A model generated the notes under the pieces. That model was not told the DNA's origin and searched no databases. It was given only the letters and a program-made list of their open reading frames with translations. Made by a program: the position numbers and the translations under genes. Shown here one piece after another: positions 18,616-27,119 of a stretch of 64,000 bases of DNA (position 1 is its first letter; each line of letters begins with the position of its first letter). Source of the DNA: an uncultured delta proteobacterium (GTDB lineage Bacteria > Desulfobacterota > Binatia > UBA9968); NCBI GenBank assembly GCA_963727625.1, contig CAVSHR010000012.1, positions 128,001 to 192,000 on the forward strand. Reading direction: 5' to 3'.

Positions 18616-19620
18616 ATGAGAAAACACATGTCCGGCGTTCTTTTACTGATAGGGATTTTGGCGATTTTAGTCTATGCCCAGTCTTCGGCTGCGGCAACGC
18701 TCGAAGAAGCAGCAAAGGCGGAAGGGGAAGTGGTATTTTATAGCTCGCTCAATAATGAACAAATTAAAACTCTGGTCGACCGATTCCAGAAAAAGTATCC
18801 GCCGATCAAAGCCTCGTTCTATCGCGGTACCAGCGACCGGGTTTTGCAACGAATTACGACTGAAGCGAAGGCCGGTCGTCATAGCGTCGATGTTTTTTCC
18901 GCGGCGGGCTTTCAACTCCAGTTGCTGAAGGAGAGCGGCTTAACGGCCAAATATATCCCCATGGAAGCCGCCGCCTATGACGGTGGTTTCAAGGACGCCG
19001 ACGGTCATTGGGTGAGCGTCCACTCCTTGCTCAATAGCATGGCCTACAACACGAATCTGGTTGCGGCGAAAGACGCCCCAAAAAAGATTGAAGATCTGCT
19101 ACAACCCAGGTGGAAAGGCAGGATCGGCATCGATGTCGGCGACGCCGAGTGGTACGCCAACGTCCAACGGATCATGGGGAAAGAAAGGGCGCGCAATTTT
19201 CTCAAAGCGTTGGCCGCGCAAAAAGTCGGGCTGAGGAACGGCCACAATCTCCTGGCACAACTCACCGCCGCCGGAGAATTTCACGTGATTCTGAACACCT
19301 ACGCCCACATCGCCGCGCGCATGAAAAAACAAGGAGCGCCGATTCAATGGGTTTTCGACGAGCCGGTCATCACCTACGTGCATCCCATCGCCGTGGCACG
19401 GCAGGCGCTCCACCCAAACGCCGGGCGCCTGTTCGAGAGTTTTGTCCTGTCTGAAGAAGGACAAAAGATGCTGCGAGATCAAGGCCGAATTCCCAGCCAT
19501 AGGGACGTTGACCCGAAGGTCTTTTCCCTGCGCAACATCAAACTTTTTCCCAGCGACCCGCAATGGGCCAAAGAATATCCGGCGGCGCTGGAAGAGATGG
19601 AAAAAATTCTCGGCAAGTGA
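18616..19620 (+). CDS. Extracellular solute-binding protein (Fe3+/FutA-like family)
   Basis: Signal peptide, AKAEGEVVFYSS, YNTNLV, DLLQPRWKG, HPNAGRLF, SEEGQ. Confidence 0.85.
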   Translation: MRKHMSGVLLLIGILAILVYAQSSAAATLEEAAKAEGEVVFYSSLNNEQIKTLVDRFQKKYPPIKASFYRGTSDRVLQRITTEAKAGRHSVDVFSAAGFQLQLLKESGLTAKYIPMEAAAYDGGFKDADGHWVSVHSLLNSMAYNTNLVAAKDAPKKIEDLLQPRWKGRIGIDVGDAEWYANVQRIMGKERARNFLKALAAQKVGLRNGHNLLAQLTAAGEFHVILNTYAHIAARMKKQGAPIQWVFDEPVITYVHPIAVARQALHPNAGRLFESFVLSEEGQKMLRDQGRIPSHRDVDPKVFSLRNIKLFPSDPQWAKEYPAALEEMEKILGK

Positions 19621-19694
19621 CCAGTTCGATTCTCTAACCTATTTAGGTCGTTGGCGACCAACGTCTCAGAAGGCGCCAGCGAGGACGGTTACCG

Positions 19695-21563
19695 ATGAAA
19701 GACTCACTCCCCGGCGGCTACATGGGCAGGATCCTCCGCGTCGATCTCAGCGCCGGTGTGCTGACGGATAACGACCTACCCTCTGAGCCGATACTCAGAA
19801 AATTCATCGGCGGGCAGGCGCTGGGAACCTACATTCTGTTGAATGAACTGCCTCTCGATGCCACGCCCTTCGGTCCGGAAAATATTGTCGTCATGATGAC
19901 CGGCCCGCTCACCGGCAACGGCTTCACCCCCGGCGGCACCAAGATGACCGCGGTTTATTTAAGCCCGCTCACCGGCAATACGCTCGGACGCGGCGCGACC
20001 AGCGGTTACTGGGGAACCTATCTCAAAGCAGCTGGGTATGACGGCATCATCCTCAAGGGCGCTTCATTGAAACCGGTTTATCTCTATATCAAGGACGGCA
20101 AGCCCGAATTACGCGACGCTACGCAGGTCTGGGGCCTCGGCACGCGTGAAACGGAAGATCGCTTGCGTGAGATCGTCGGCAACCGCGATGCCCGAGTGCT
20201 GTGCATCGGCCCTGCCGGCGAACACATGAACCGCGCCGCCATGCTCGCCAACGACTATAATCACTTTGCCGCGCATAGCGGTGGCGCCGTGCTCGGCTCG
20301 AAAAAACTCAAAGCCATCGTCGTCTCCGGCACACTCAGGCCAAGCTACCGCGACAAAGCCAAGCTCGCTGACGCGGGCGCGCGTTGGCGCGCCGTGTTGC
20401 AGCAGCACGATGTGAAAAAGAAAAAAACCAAATACGGCCACGGCGATTCCTGGGGCGCTTTGAATAATCTCAACTGGCGCAGCACCGACATCCAACCCGC
20501 ACACATCAAAGGCTTCGATCGAAACGACGTCGTTCTTCGTCCGTGCTTTCAATGCGCGCGCATGTGCCCATGGGACGCCAAGCTCGGCGAAGGCGAGTTC
20601 AAAGGCACGGTAGTGCATTTCAACGCCGGCGGCGAATGGCTCGATACTTTTTTCAATCTCGGCATCAAAGGCAACGCCGTTCTTTACTTAGCCGAGAAAA
20701 TCAACAATCTCGGTATCGAGTGCAGCCACTTTTCCTGCGGCGCCGGTGTCGCCTTTGAAGCCTGGGAAAAAGGACTGCTCGGTCCCGACCGCACCAACGG
20801 CTTGAAGCTCGAATGGGGCAACGTCGAAGCCGTCGATAAACTCTTGGACATGGCAGCGCGTCGCGATGGCTGGCTCGGCAACCTACTCGCCGAGGGTCCG
20901 AAACAGCTTGCCGAAGCCCTCGGCGGCGACGCCCCCAAATGGGCCGTGCATACCAAAGGCGGCACGCCGGCAATGCACGAATGGCGCCCGTTGCTCGGGC
21001 AAATGCTCAGAGAATTAGTCGCCAGCGGCGGCATGAAACCGCAGGGCGGCGGTTCGACCAATCCGCCTCCGGATCTGCGCGACAAAGAGAAATGGGGACC
21101 GCTGACGATGGACAATCCCGAGGGTTGGGTCTGGTCCCATGTTCTGTCCGAGCAGTATCGCCAGTTCACCGGCATCTTCGGCGGCTGCTGGTTCGCCCAA
21201 GAGAGTCACAAAAAAGACGGCCTCAACAGCATCGTCGATGCCTTCAATGCCATCACCGGCTGGAATTTCACCATGGGCGAGGCCCTCCAAGCCGGCCAGC
21301 GCAGCATGATTTTGCAAAGCCTCTTCGGCACCCAACGCGGCTGGATCGCCGACTTCGACTGGCAGGACGTCGGCCCAAGATTTTTGGAACCGATCCCCGA
21401 CGGCAAGTACCAAGGCTTCACCATCGCCAAGTGGCTCCCCGACATGATCTGGGAATACTACAAATTATCCGGCAGGCATGAGCGCACCGGAAGACCTTTC
21501 AAGGACACGCTGGAAAGATTGGGACTGCAGGAATTCATGAAGTGGAGCCACGAAATAACCTAG
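19695..21563 (+). CDS. Aldehyde:ferredoxin oxidoreductase family protein (paralog 1)
   Basis: GGYMGRILRVDL, KAAGYDG, IGPAGE, GSKKLKAI, CxxCxxxC, LEWGN. Confidence 0.9.
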   Translation: MKDSLPGGYMGRILRVDLSAGVLTDNDLPSEPILRKFIGGQALGTYILLNELPLDATPFGPENIVVMMTGPLTGNGFTPGGTKMTAVYLSPLTGNTLGRGATSGYWGTYLKAAGYDGIILKGASLKPVYLYIKDGKPELRDATQVWGLGTRETEDRLREIVGNRDARVLCIGPAGEHMNRAAMLANDYNHFAAHSGGAVLGSKKLKAIVVSGTLRPSYRDKAKLADAGARWRAVLQQHDVKKKKTKYGHGDSWGALNNLNWRSTDIQPAHIKGFDRNDVVLRPCFQCARMCPWDAKLGEGEFKGTVVHFNAGGEWLDTFFNLGIKGNAVLYLAEKINNLGIECSHFSCGAGVAFEAWEKGLLGPDRTNGLKLEWGNVEAVDKLLDMAARRDGWLGNLLAEGPKQLAEALGGDAPKWAVHTKGGTPAMHEWRPLLGQMLRELVASGGMKPQGGGSTNPPPDLRDKEKWGPLTMDNPEGWVWSHVLSEQYRQFTGIFGGCWFAQESHKKDGLNSIVDAFNAITGWNFTMGEALQAGQRSMILQSLFGTQRGWIADFDWQDVGPRFLEPIPDGKYQGFTIAKWLPDMIWEYYKLSGRHERTGRPFKDTLERLGLQEFMKWSHEIT

Positions 21564-21696
21564 CTCAATGACATTGACCGCTCGACAGGGCCGTAAAGTT
21601 GATGCGTATCATCCCTTCGTCAACGACCCGAGACCTTCGGCTCTGGCTTTTCTGTACAGGAGGGATGACCACAACGCTATCGCAATTTAGGACGAG

Positions 21697-23184
21697 ATGG
21701 ACTCTCCGAATACCGCGCTCTCGACTTGCCATTTGGGGAAAATGCAGTGGTTAATTCTGAGTGCGATCCTCGCGGCATCCTTTTGCCTGCGCCTTACCTT
21801 TGTACACGAGCCCTTTGAGAGAGACGAAGGTTCCTACGCTTACATCGGCCAGGAGATTTTGCGGGGTGCCGTTCCCTATAAGGACGTCATCGAGATCAAG
21901 CCGCCGGCTATCTATTATCTCTACGCCGCGGGAATGACAATTTTTGGCGAAACCACAGAAGGGATACGAATCTTCACTGCATTGTATTCGCTTCTAACCG
22001 TGTACGCGGTATTTCTGGTAACCTGTCAGATTGCGGGTCGAAAAGCCGGCTTGATCTCATCGGTCCTCTATGGAGTCTTCTCCTCTGCGCCTTTGCTGCA
22101 GGGGAGCAGCAGCAATACAGAAGTTTTCCTAGCCCTACCTTGGGTACTCGGTATCTACTTTATCTTGCGGGCCATGGCCAACGGAGAGCGAAGATACCTT
22201 TTCCTTTGCGGCGTATCTTGCGCGGCCGCAATGCTAGTCAAGACTGTAGCGATTCCGCTGGTGTTATTAGCTGCGCTAGGCGCAGCCTCTTTGCCCAGGC
22301 CAGATCAGACGATCCGTGAGAAAGCCTTGGATCTAGCGATGCTGGGTTTCGGTGCAGCTATTTTGGCGTCAATCACCGTGGCGTATTTTTTCTTGAATGG
22401 AACGCTCGATGATTTTCTTTATTGGAATGTAACATTCGCGCTTCGATACTTGTCTACGAAGGTCGGCGGTCCGCCGTTCCTGTGGACATCCTACGTCCTC
22501 GTTCCTGAATTACTTCCACTGGTTCTTGCGGCGATCCCGACATTTTTCAGGCTGCTATTCAAGGTGCGCGGCCGGAGGGAATGTATCGTCGCCTTGACCC
22601 TGCCGGCCGCACTGATCGGAGTGATCCTCCCGGGAAAGAATTTTCCACACTATTTTATCCAATTAGTCCCGCCCCTCGCGATCCTTGCGGGGATTGAAAT
22701 TGCCCGGCTTTCTACAATGAACGGATGGCCGCTTAATATCAAATCCTTGTTACTTGTGTCCGCAACTTTCCTTTCGGTCTATATGCGGTACGACTATTAT
22801 CTGCTGTACACGCCCAATCAGGTCTCCATTAAAAAATACGGCCCTGTCTTCGTGGAATCGTTGGAAGTGGCGCGCTACCTGAGAGAGCGAACTCTTCCCT
22901 CGGACTACGTATTCCAGTGGGGATTCGAAATGGAACTGTACTATCTGACGTCACGAAGATCCCCGGTGCCCTTCATAGCAAGCCTATTTGTCGGTTGGTC
23001 GAAGGATCCCGCAAACGCCGCGCGTCGGATGGCCAAAGGAATCAATGAAAAGAAACCGAAATACATCGTCTTCCAAGAAAAGTGGGGGAATGTTCCCGGG
23101 CACGCGGAAATCATCAGGATTCTGATGCGGGACTATGTTTTTGAAGCGACAATTGCCTATGCACAGATCTACCGCCGAAAATAG
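21697..23184 (+). CDS. GT-C glycosyltransferase (ArnT/PMT_2, GT39/83-like)
   Basis: ERDEGSY, PYKD..EIKPP, NTE, many TM helices, FPHYF. Confidence 0.85.
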   Translation: MDSPNTALSTCHLGKMQWLILSAILAASFCLRLTFVHEPFERDEGSYAYIGQEILRGAVPYKDVIEIKPPAIYYLYAAGMTIFGETTEGIRIFTALYSLLTVYAVFLVTCQIAGRKAGLISSVLYGVFSSAPLLQGSSSNTEVFLALPWVLGIYFILRAMANGERRYLFLCGVSCAAAMLVKTVAIPLVLLAALGAASLPRPDQTIREKALDLAMLGFGAAILASITVAYFFLNGTLDDFLYWNVTFALRYLSTKVGGPPFLWTSYVLVPELLPLVLAAIPTFFRLLFKVRGRRECIVALTLPAALIGVILPGKNFPHYFIQLVPPLAILAGIEIARLSTMNGWPLNIKSLLLVSATFLSVYMRYDYYLLYTPNQVSIKKYGPVFVESLEVARYLRERTLPSDYVFQWGFEMELYYLTSRRSPVPFIASLFVGWSKDPANAARRMAKGINEKKPKYIVFQEKWGNVPGHAEIIRILMRDYVFEATIAYAQIYRRK

Positions 23185-23219
23185 ACGCCTCGAGCAATTT
23201 CGATTTTGGACGCATTGCA

Positions 23220-23957
23220 CTACGATATCATTGGTAGTGCGTCCAATAACCGGCTTGCGCCTTTTATCGAATTTCGCACTCGCAACTTCTTTTGTACCAG
23301 CCAGACCCGCGCCGCGATTGGATGAACGACTGGTATTCCCAAATCGTTTTCTATGGCGACTATATCCTTCACTTGCCAGGCGCCGGAGCCGAGAAGATAG
23401 ATGCCCTGCGCCGCGGGATGTTTATTGAATGAAGATTTGAGATGCTGGTAAATCGTGTCCGTCGAGATTTTGTCTGCCTCGTACGGCGTCGTATCCATGC
23501 CTTCCATTCCCAACACTTCGAAACCGGCATCGGTAAAATAGCGCGAAAAAAGAGCATTGAGTTTGTTGTCGTTAAAATAAGTGCAGCCGACGAACTTCTT
23601 GATCCCGAGCGCACGCATAGCTTCGGTTTGTGACATTCCGGAAGTGAAAATGGGAATTTTATATTTTGCCTCCCAGCCGCCGACGATCTCCTGCTCGGCC
23701 TTATAACCGCGCACCATGAACGGCGGCCCGCCCTCGGGATGAATCAAATCGACGCCGATCTCGGCAAGATCGGCTACTTTTGCGTTGTAAGTCTCCAGAG
23801 CGCCGAGATAGCCCCGTTCGGAATGCTCTTTGATGCCGGCATACATGGGGATACAGCCCACGCCCTCCGGCAATAATCGAATGAACTCCACCAGCGAACC
23901 CGAACCGTACGTCGGCTTTACGACGCCAACCGTTCCACGCCATGTTCCAGACGACAT
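23220..23957 (-). CDS. Maleate isomerase/arylmalonate decarboxylase (Asp/Glu racemase superfamily) protein
   Basis: GVVKP, LLPEGV, AMRALGIKK, YFTDAGFEV, ENDLGIPVV pattern. Confidence 0.8.
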   Translation of the reverse strand: MSSGTWRGTVGVVKPTYGSGSLVEFIRLLPEGVGCIPMYAGIKEHSERGYLGALETYNAKVADLAEIGVDLIHPEGGPPFMVRGYKAEQEIVGGWEAKYKIPIFTSGMSQTEAMRALGIKKFVGCTYFNDNKLNALFSRYFTDAGFEVLGMEGMDTTPYEADKISTDTIYQHLKSSFNKHPAAQGIYLLGSGAWQVKDIVAIENDLGIPVVHPIAARVWLVQKKLRVRNSIKGASRLLDALPMIS

Positions 23958-24179
23958 ATGAACCTCCCTGAAAGTAAATTGTCCGTCTCGATTCGAGGCA
24001 TGCTAAGCGTTCTTGCGGGATAAAAACAAGCGCCTCGCGCCCGCTTTTTGCCGCCGATCAAGTTCCTCTTGGATGGCAACCGAAACTTTGTCCATTTTGC
24101 GCTCGGCTACAGGTTGACGCATGTAAAAGTTAAGTGATAGATGACGCATTTAGCAAGTTTGAATTAGAAAGGATGCCGA

Positions 24180-24986
24180 ATGGCTATCAATCCAACCGTT
24201 ACTTTGAAACAACAATATGGCAACCTCGTGCCTACGGCGCGTTTGATAGATGGCAAACCGCGCAGTATTCTTTTCGACGCCACCAAGTGCATCGGCTGCC
24301 GCCACTGCGTGCAAGCTTGCAAAGACTGGAACGATCACGCCCGCACTAGCCTCTACGAACTTTCCAGCACCAATTGGATCACCATGGAGCCGCCGGTGCT
24401 CGAAGGCATGTCACCTTTGTGGGCGCGCAACAGCTGCATGCACTGCAACTTCGCCGCCTGCGCCGCCGTCTGCCCGGTGGAGGCGATCACGAAATATGAA
24501 GAAGGCCCGGTGGTCATCAATAAAGACGTCTGCATCGGCTGCGAATACTGCATCCACGCCTGTCCCTGGGAAGTGATCACCAAGAACGACATCACCGACA
24601 AAGCCAGCAAATGCACGATGTGTAGCGACCGAATCAGCGAGGATAAGCAGCCCTTCTGTGTCCAGGCCTGCCCGGTCAACGCTCTCGATTTCGGTCTGTC
24701 GGAAGAAATCTCCGACAAAGCAAAAAAGCAGGCCGACGCGGTCGGCGGTTACACCTACGGCGAGAACGAAGCCGGCGGCGGCAACGTCGTCTACGTGTTT
24801 AAAGAAAGCAAGGACAAATACGGCGTGCGTCACATCGACCCAGAAAAATTTCCCAAGCATCGAATTCCCCTCGGTTTGATGCTCAAAGATCTGTTCACGC
24901 CGCGCTGCGGTATCGCCGGCAAGATGCGTGCGCTTTGGCTCGCGATCACTCACCCCAAGAGGCTGATCTACCGGTATTTTTCCTGA
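24180..24986 (+). CDS. 4Fe-4S ferredoxin-type protein (FdnH/HybA/DmsB-like)
   Basis: CIGCRHCVQAC, CMHC...CAAVCP, CIGCEYCIHACP, KCTMC...CVQACP. Confidence 0.9.
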   Translation: MAINPTVTLKQQYGNLVPTARLIDGKPRSILFDATKCIGCRHCVQACKDWNDHARTSLYELSSTNWITMEPPVLEGMSPLWARNSCMHCNFAACAAVCPVEAITKYEEGPVVINKDVCIGCEYCIHACPWEVITKNDITDKASKCTMCSDRISEDKQPFCVQACPVNALDFGLSEEISDKAKKQADAVGGYTYGENEAGGGNVVYVFKESKDKYGVRHIDPEKFPKHRIPLGLMLKDLFTPRCGIAGKMRALWLAITHPKRLIYRYFS

Positions 24987-25086
24987 GAGCAGCGATTCGT
25001 GTGGGAGATAAATAACCGGCCTTTTAAAATAGTGAGGGACTGCAAGCCCTGTCTCGACGAAAACACCAATAGAAGGAAGAACTAAA

Positions 25087-25815
25087 ATGACTTCGGAACC
25101 GCAACTACGCGAACAACTGGCGACCTGCACGCGAATCTTCGCCATGCAGGGAGTGATTGGCCTGTTCGGCCATGTAAGCGTCTACCAGCCGGAAACTAAG
25201 ACTGTGTTCGTGACCCCCGGCTCGGGGTCGGACAAGGCCAACTTTTTGCCCTCGGACATGATACCCATCAATCTGGACGGCAAACCCCATGACGGCAAGA
25301 CCATGCCTCCGGTGGAATGGCCCATCCACACGGCACTGCACGCCGCGCGCTCGGACGCGCTGGCGGTGGCACACTTGCACACGCCCTATGCAACCCTGTT
25401 CGCTATCGCCAAAAGGGATTTTCATCCGGTGACGCTGCAAGGAACGATTTTCGGCGAGGGCGTGCCGCTCTACAAAGAAGCCCACCTGGTCACCACGCCG
25501 CAGCGCGGCGAAGCGTTGCTCAAAACCATCGGCGATCATCGCGCCGTGCTCATGCGCGGCCATGGCATCGTGGTCGCGGGAAAGAGCCTCGCCGAGGTTC
25601 TCTTCGCGTCCCTAATACTTGAAGACGATGCGAAAAAAACCATGCAGGCGGCGGCGCTCGGCCCGGTTGAGCATTTCACTGCGGACGAATGCAAAACCTT
25701 CAACGCCGAAATCGATTTCGGGCGGCGCGCCAACCGGGCTTGGGAATATTTTTCGCGCGTCGAATCGCAATGGGATAAACAAGGTGGAACTGGAAAAATT
25801 GAGTTGTTCCCTTAA
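25087..25815 (+). CDS. Class II aldolase/adducin family protein
   Basis: GHVS, EWPIH, AVAHLH, LMRGHG. Confidence 0.9.
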   Translation: MTSEPQLREQLATCTRIFAMQGVIGLFGHVSVYQPETKTVFVTPGSGSDKANFLPSDMIPINLDGKPHDGKTMPPVEWPIHTALHAARSDALAVAHLHTPYATLFAIAKRDFHPVTLQGTIFGEGVPLYKEAHLVTTPQRGEALLKTIGDHRAVLMRGHGIVVAGKSLAEVLFASLILEDDAKKTMQAAALGPVEHFTADECKTFNAEIDFGRRANRAWEYFSRVESQWDKQGGTGKIELFP

Positions 25816-25827
25816 TTGTGGATACCT

Positions 25828-25918
25828 GTTCAAATCGTTCAAAATGTTTAAGCCGTTCAAAACGTTCGAACCTCCGAAACACGGATGGAACGAATGGAAC
25901 TACTTGAACGGCTTGAAC
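25828..25918. repeat. Inverted GTTCAA 9-mer array
   Basis: GTTCAAATC GTTCAAAAT GTTTAAGCC GTTCAAAAC ... GAATGGAAC TACTTGAAC GGCTTGAAC. Confidence 0.8.
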
Positions 25919-25932
25919 AGAGGAGCAAAAAA

Positions 25933-26988
25933 ATGAGCGAAGGAGTAAGACTTTACGCCGGCACGCAGCATGGACTGATCACCTGGCGTTCAACGGATAG
26001 CGGCTGGCAGGAAGTGGCGCGTCATTTCGAAGAAGGCATTATCGACTCGATATACGGCTGCCAAGAATCGCCGGAGCGGATCTTCGTCGGCGTGACCCAC
26101 GACGGGCTATACCGCACCACCGACGGCGGCAAAAGCTGGGCGAAGGTGCTTGACGGCGACATTCGCTCGGTCACAGTCGATCCAATCGCCGATAAGGTCA
26201 TTTATTCAGGCGTTGAACCTGTGGCATTGTTTCGCAGCGAAGACGGTGGCGACAGCTGGCAAGAACTCACGGCGTTGAAAGCCTTACCGCAGTCGGTTCG
26301 GAAAAACTGGTGGTATCCGCAAGCACCGCACCACGGCCATGTGCGCAATATTCATATTCACCCGGATGATCCAAATACGATCTATCTCTGTCTCGAACAT
26401 GGCGGAATCGTGCGCAGCTTCGACCGCGGCAAAACTTGGGAAGACGTCAGCAAGGGCATCGACTATCTCGACATTCACGTTGTCTCGAACTTCCCCAAAC
26501 GAGACGATCGTTACTTTGTCGCGTCGGCGCGGGGCTTTTTTACCAGCGACAAACCGGAAGAGGGTTGGGTGCGCGCCGAGAAGGGTCTCACTCGGGATTA
26601 TTTTCATGACTTTCTTTTCTTACCGCCGGAGCGTGACAACGACCAACCGACAATGCTGATCGCGACGGCGGACGCCTCTCCCGGTTTCTGGCGTAGAGAA
26701 AACCGCGGCGCCCGGGCGGCAATGTTCAAGAGCACCGATGGCGCGCAATCGTGGACGCGCATCACCAACGGGCTCGCGGATGATCTCGACTCGATGATCT
26801 GGGCATTGGTCCACCATCCGACCGATCACCGAGCAGTCTTCGCCGGTTTCGGTAACGTCGCGCGCGGCCACGCTCACGGCGCTGGCGGCGCCGGTGATCT
26901 GATGATCAGCCGGGACATGGGCGACAGCTGGGAGAGACTCGACATCGACTTACCGGCCGACCGGGTGCTGTGGGCGGCGGCGGACTAA
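25933..26988 (+). CDS. BNR/Asp-box repeat beta-propeller protein
   Basis: Repeated S/T-x-D-G-G-x-S/T-W Asp boxes; AGGAG RBS; no signal peptide. Confidence 0.85.
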   Translation: MSEGVRLYAGTQHGLITWRSTDSGWQEVARHFEEGIIDSIYGCQESPERIFVGVTHDGLYRTTDGGKSWAKVLDGDIRSVTVDPIADKVIYSGVEPVALFRSEDGGDSWQELTALKALPQSVRKNWWYPQAPHHGHVRNIHIHPDDPNTIYLCLEHGGIVRSFDRGKTWEDVSKGIDYLDIHVVSNFPKRDDRYFVASARGFFTSDKPEEGWVRAEKGLTRDYFHDFLFLPPERDNDQPTMLIATADASPGFWRRENRGARAAMFKSTDGAQSWTRITNGLADDLDSMIWALVHHPTDHRAVFAGFGNVARGHAHGAGGAGDLMISRDMGDSWERLDIDLPADRVLWAAAD

Positions 26989-27008
26989 CTGAAGCGCTTC
27001 GCGCTTCT

Positions 27009-27098
27009 GTTCAAGACGTTCAAGCAGTTCAAAATCGTTCAAAACGTATTGAATCGCCGAACGGTTTGAACGGCTCGAACATTTTGAGCGTTTTGAAC
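27009..27098. repeat. Inverted GTTCAA 9-mer array
   Basis: GTTCAAGAC GTTCAAGCA GTTCAAAATC GTTCAAAAC ... GGTTTGAAC GGCTCGAAC ATTTTGAGC GTTTTGAAC. Confidence 0.8.
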
Positions 27099-27119
27099 GA
27101 GTAATTTGGAGTATCGTTT

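Noticed and set aside
25885-25932. N-terminal extension MERMELLERLEQ of the BNR protein
   Set aside because: Translation of the 9-mer repeat arm; the real start is the ATG at 25933 after AGGAG
17432-27098. GTTCAA arrays as CRISPR repeats
   Set aside because: 9-nt period, no 25-40-nt repeat/spacer structure and no cas genes
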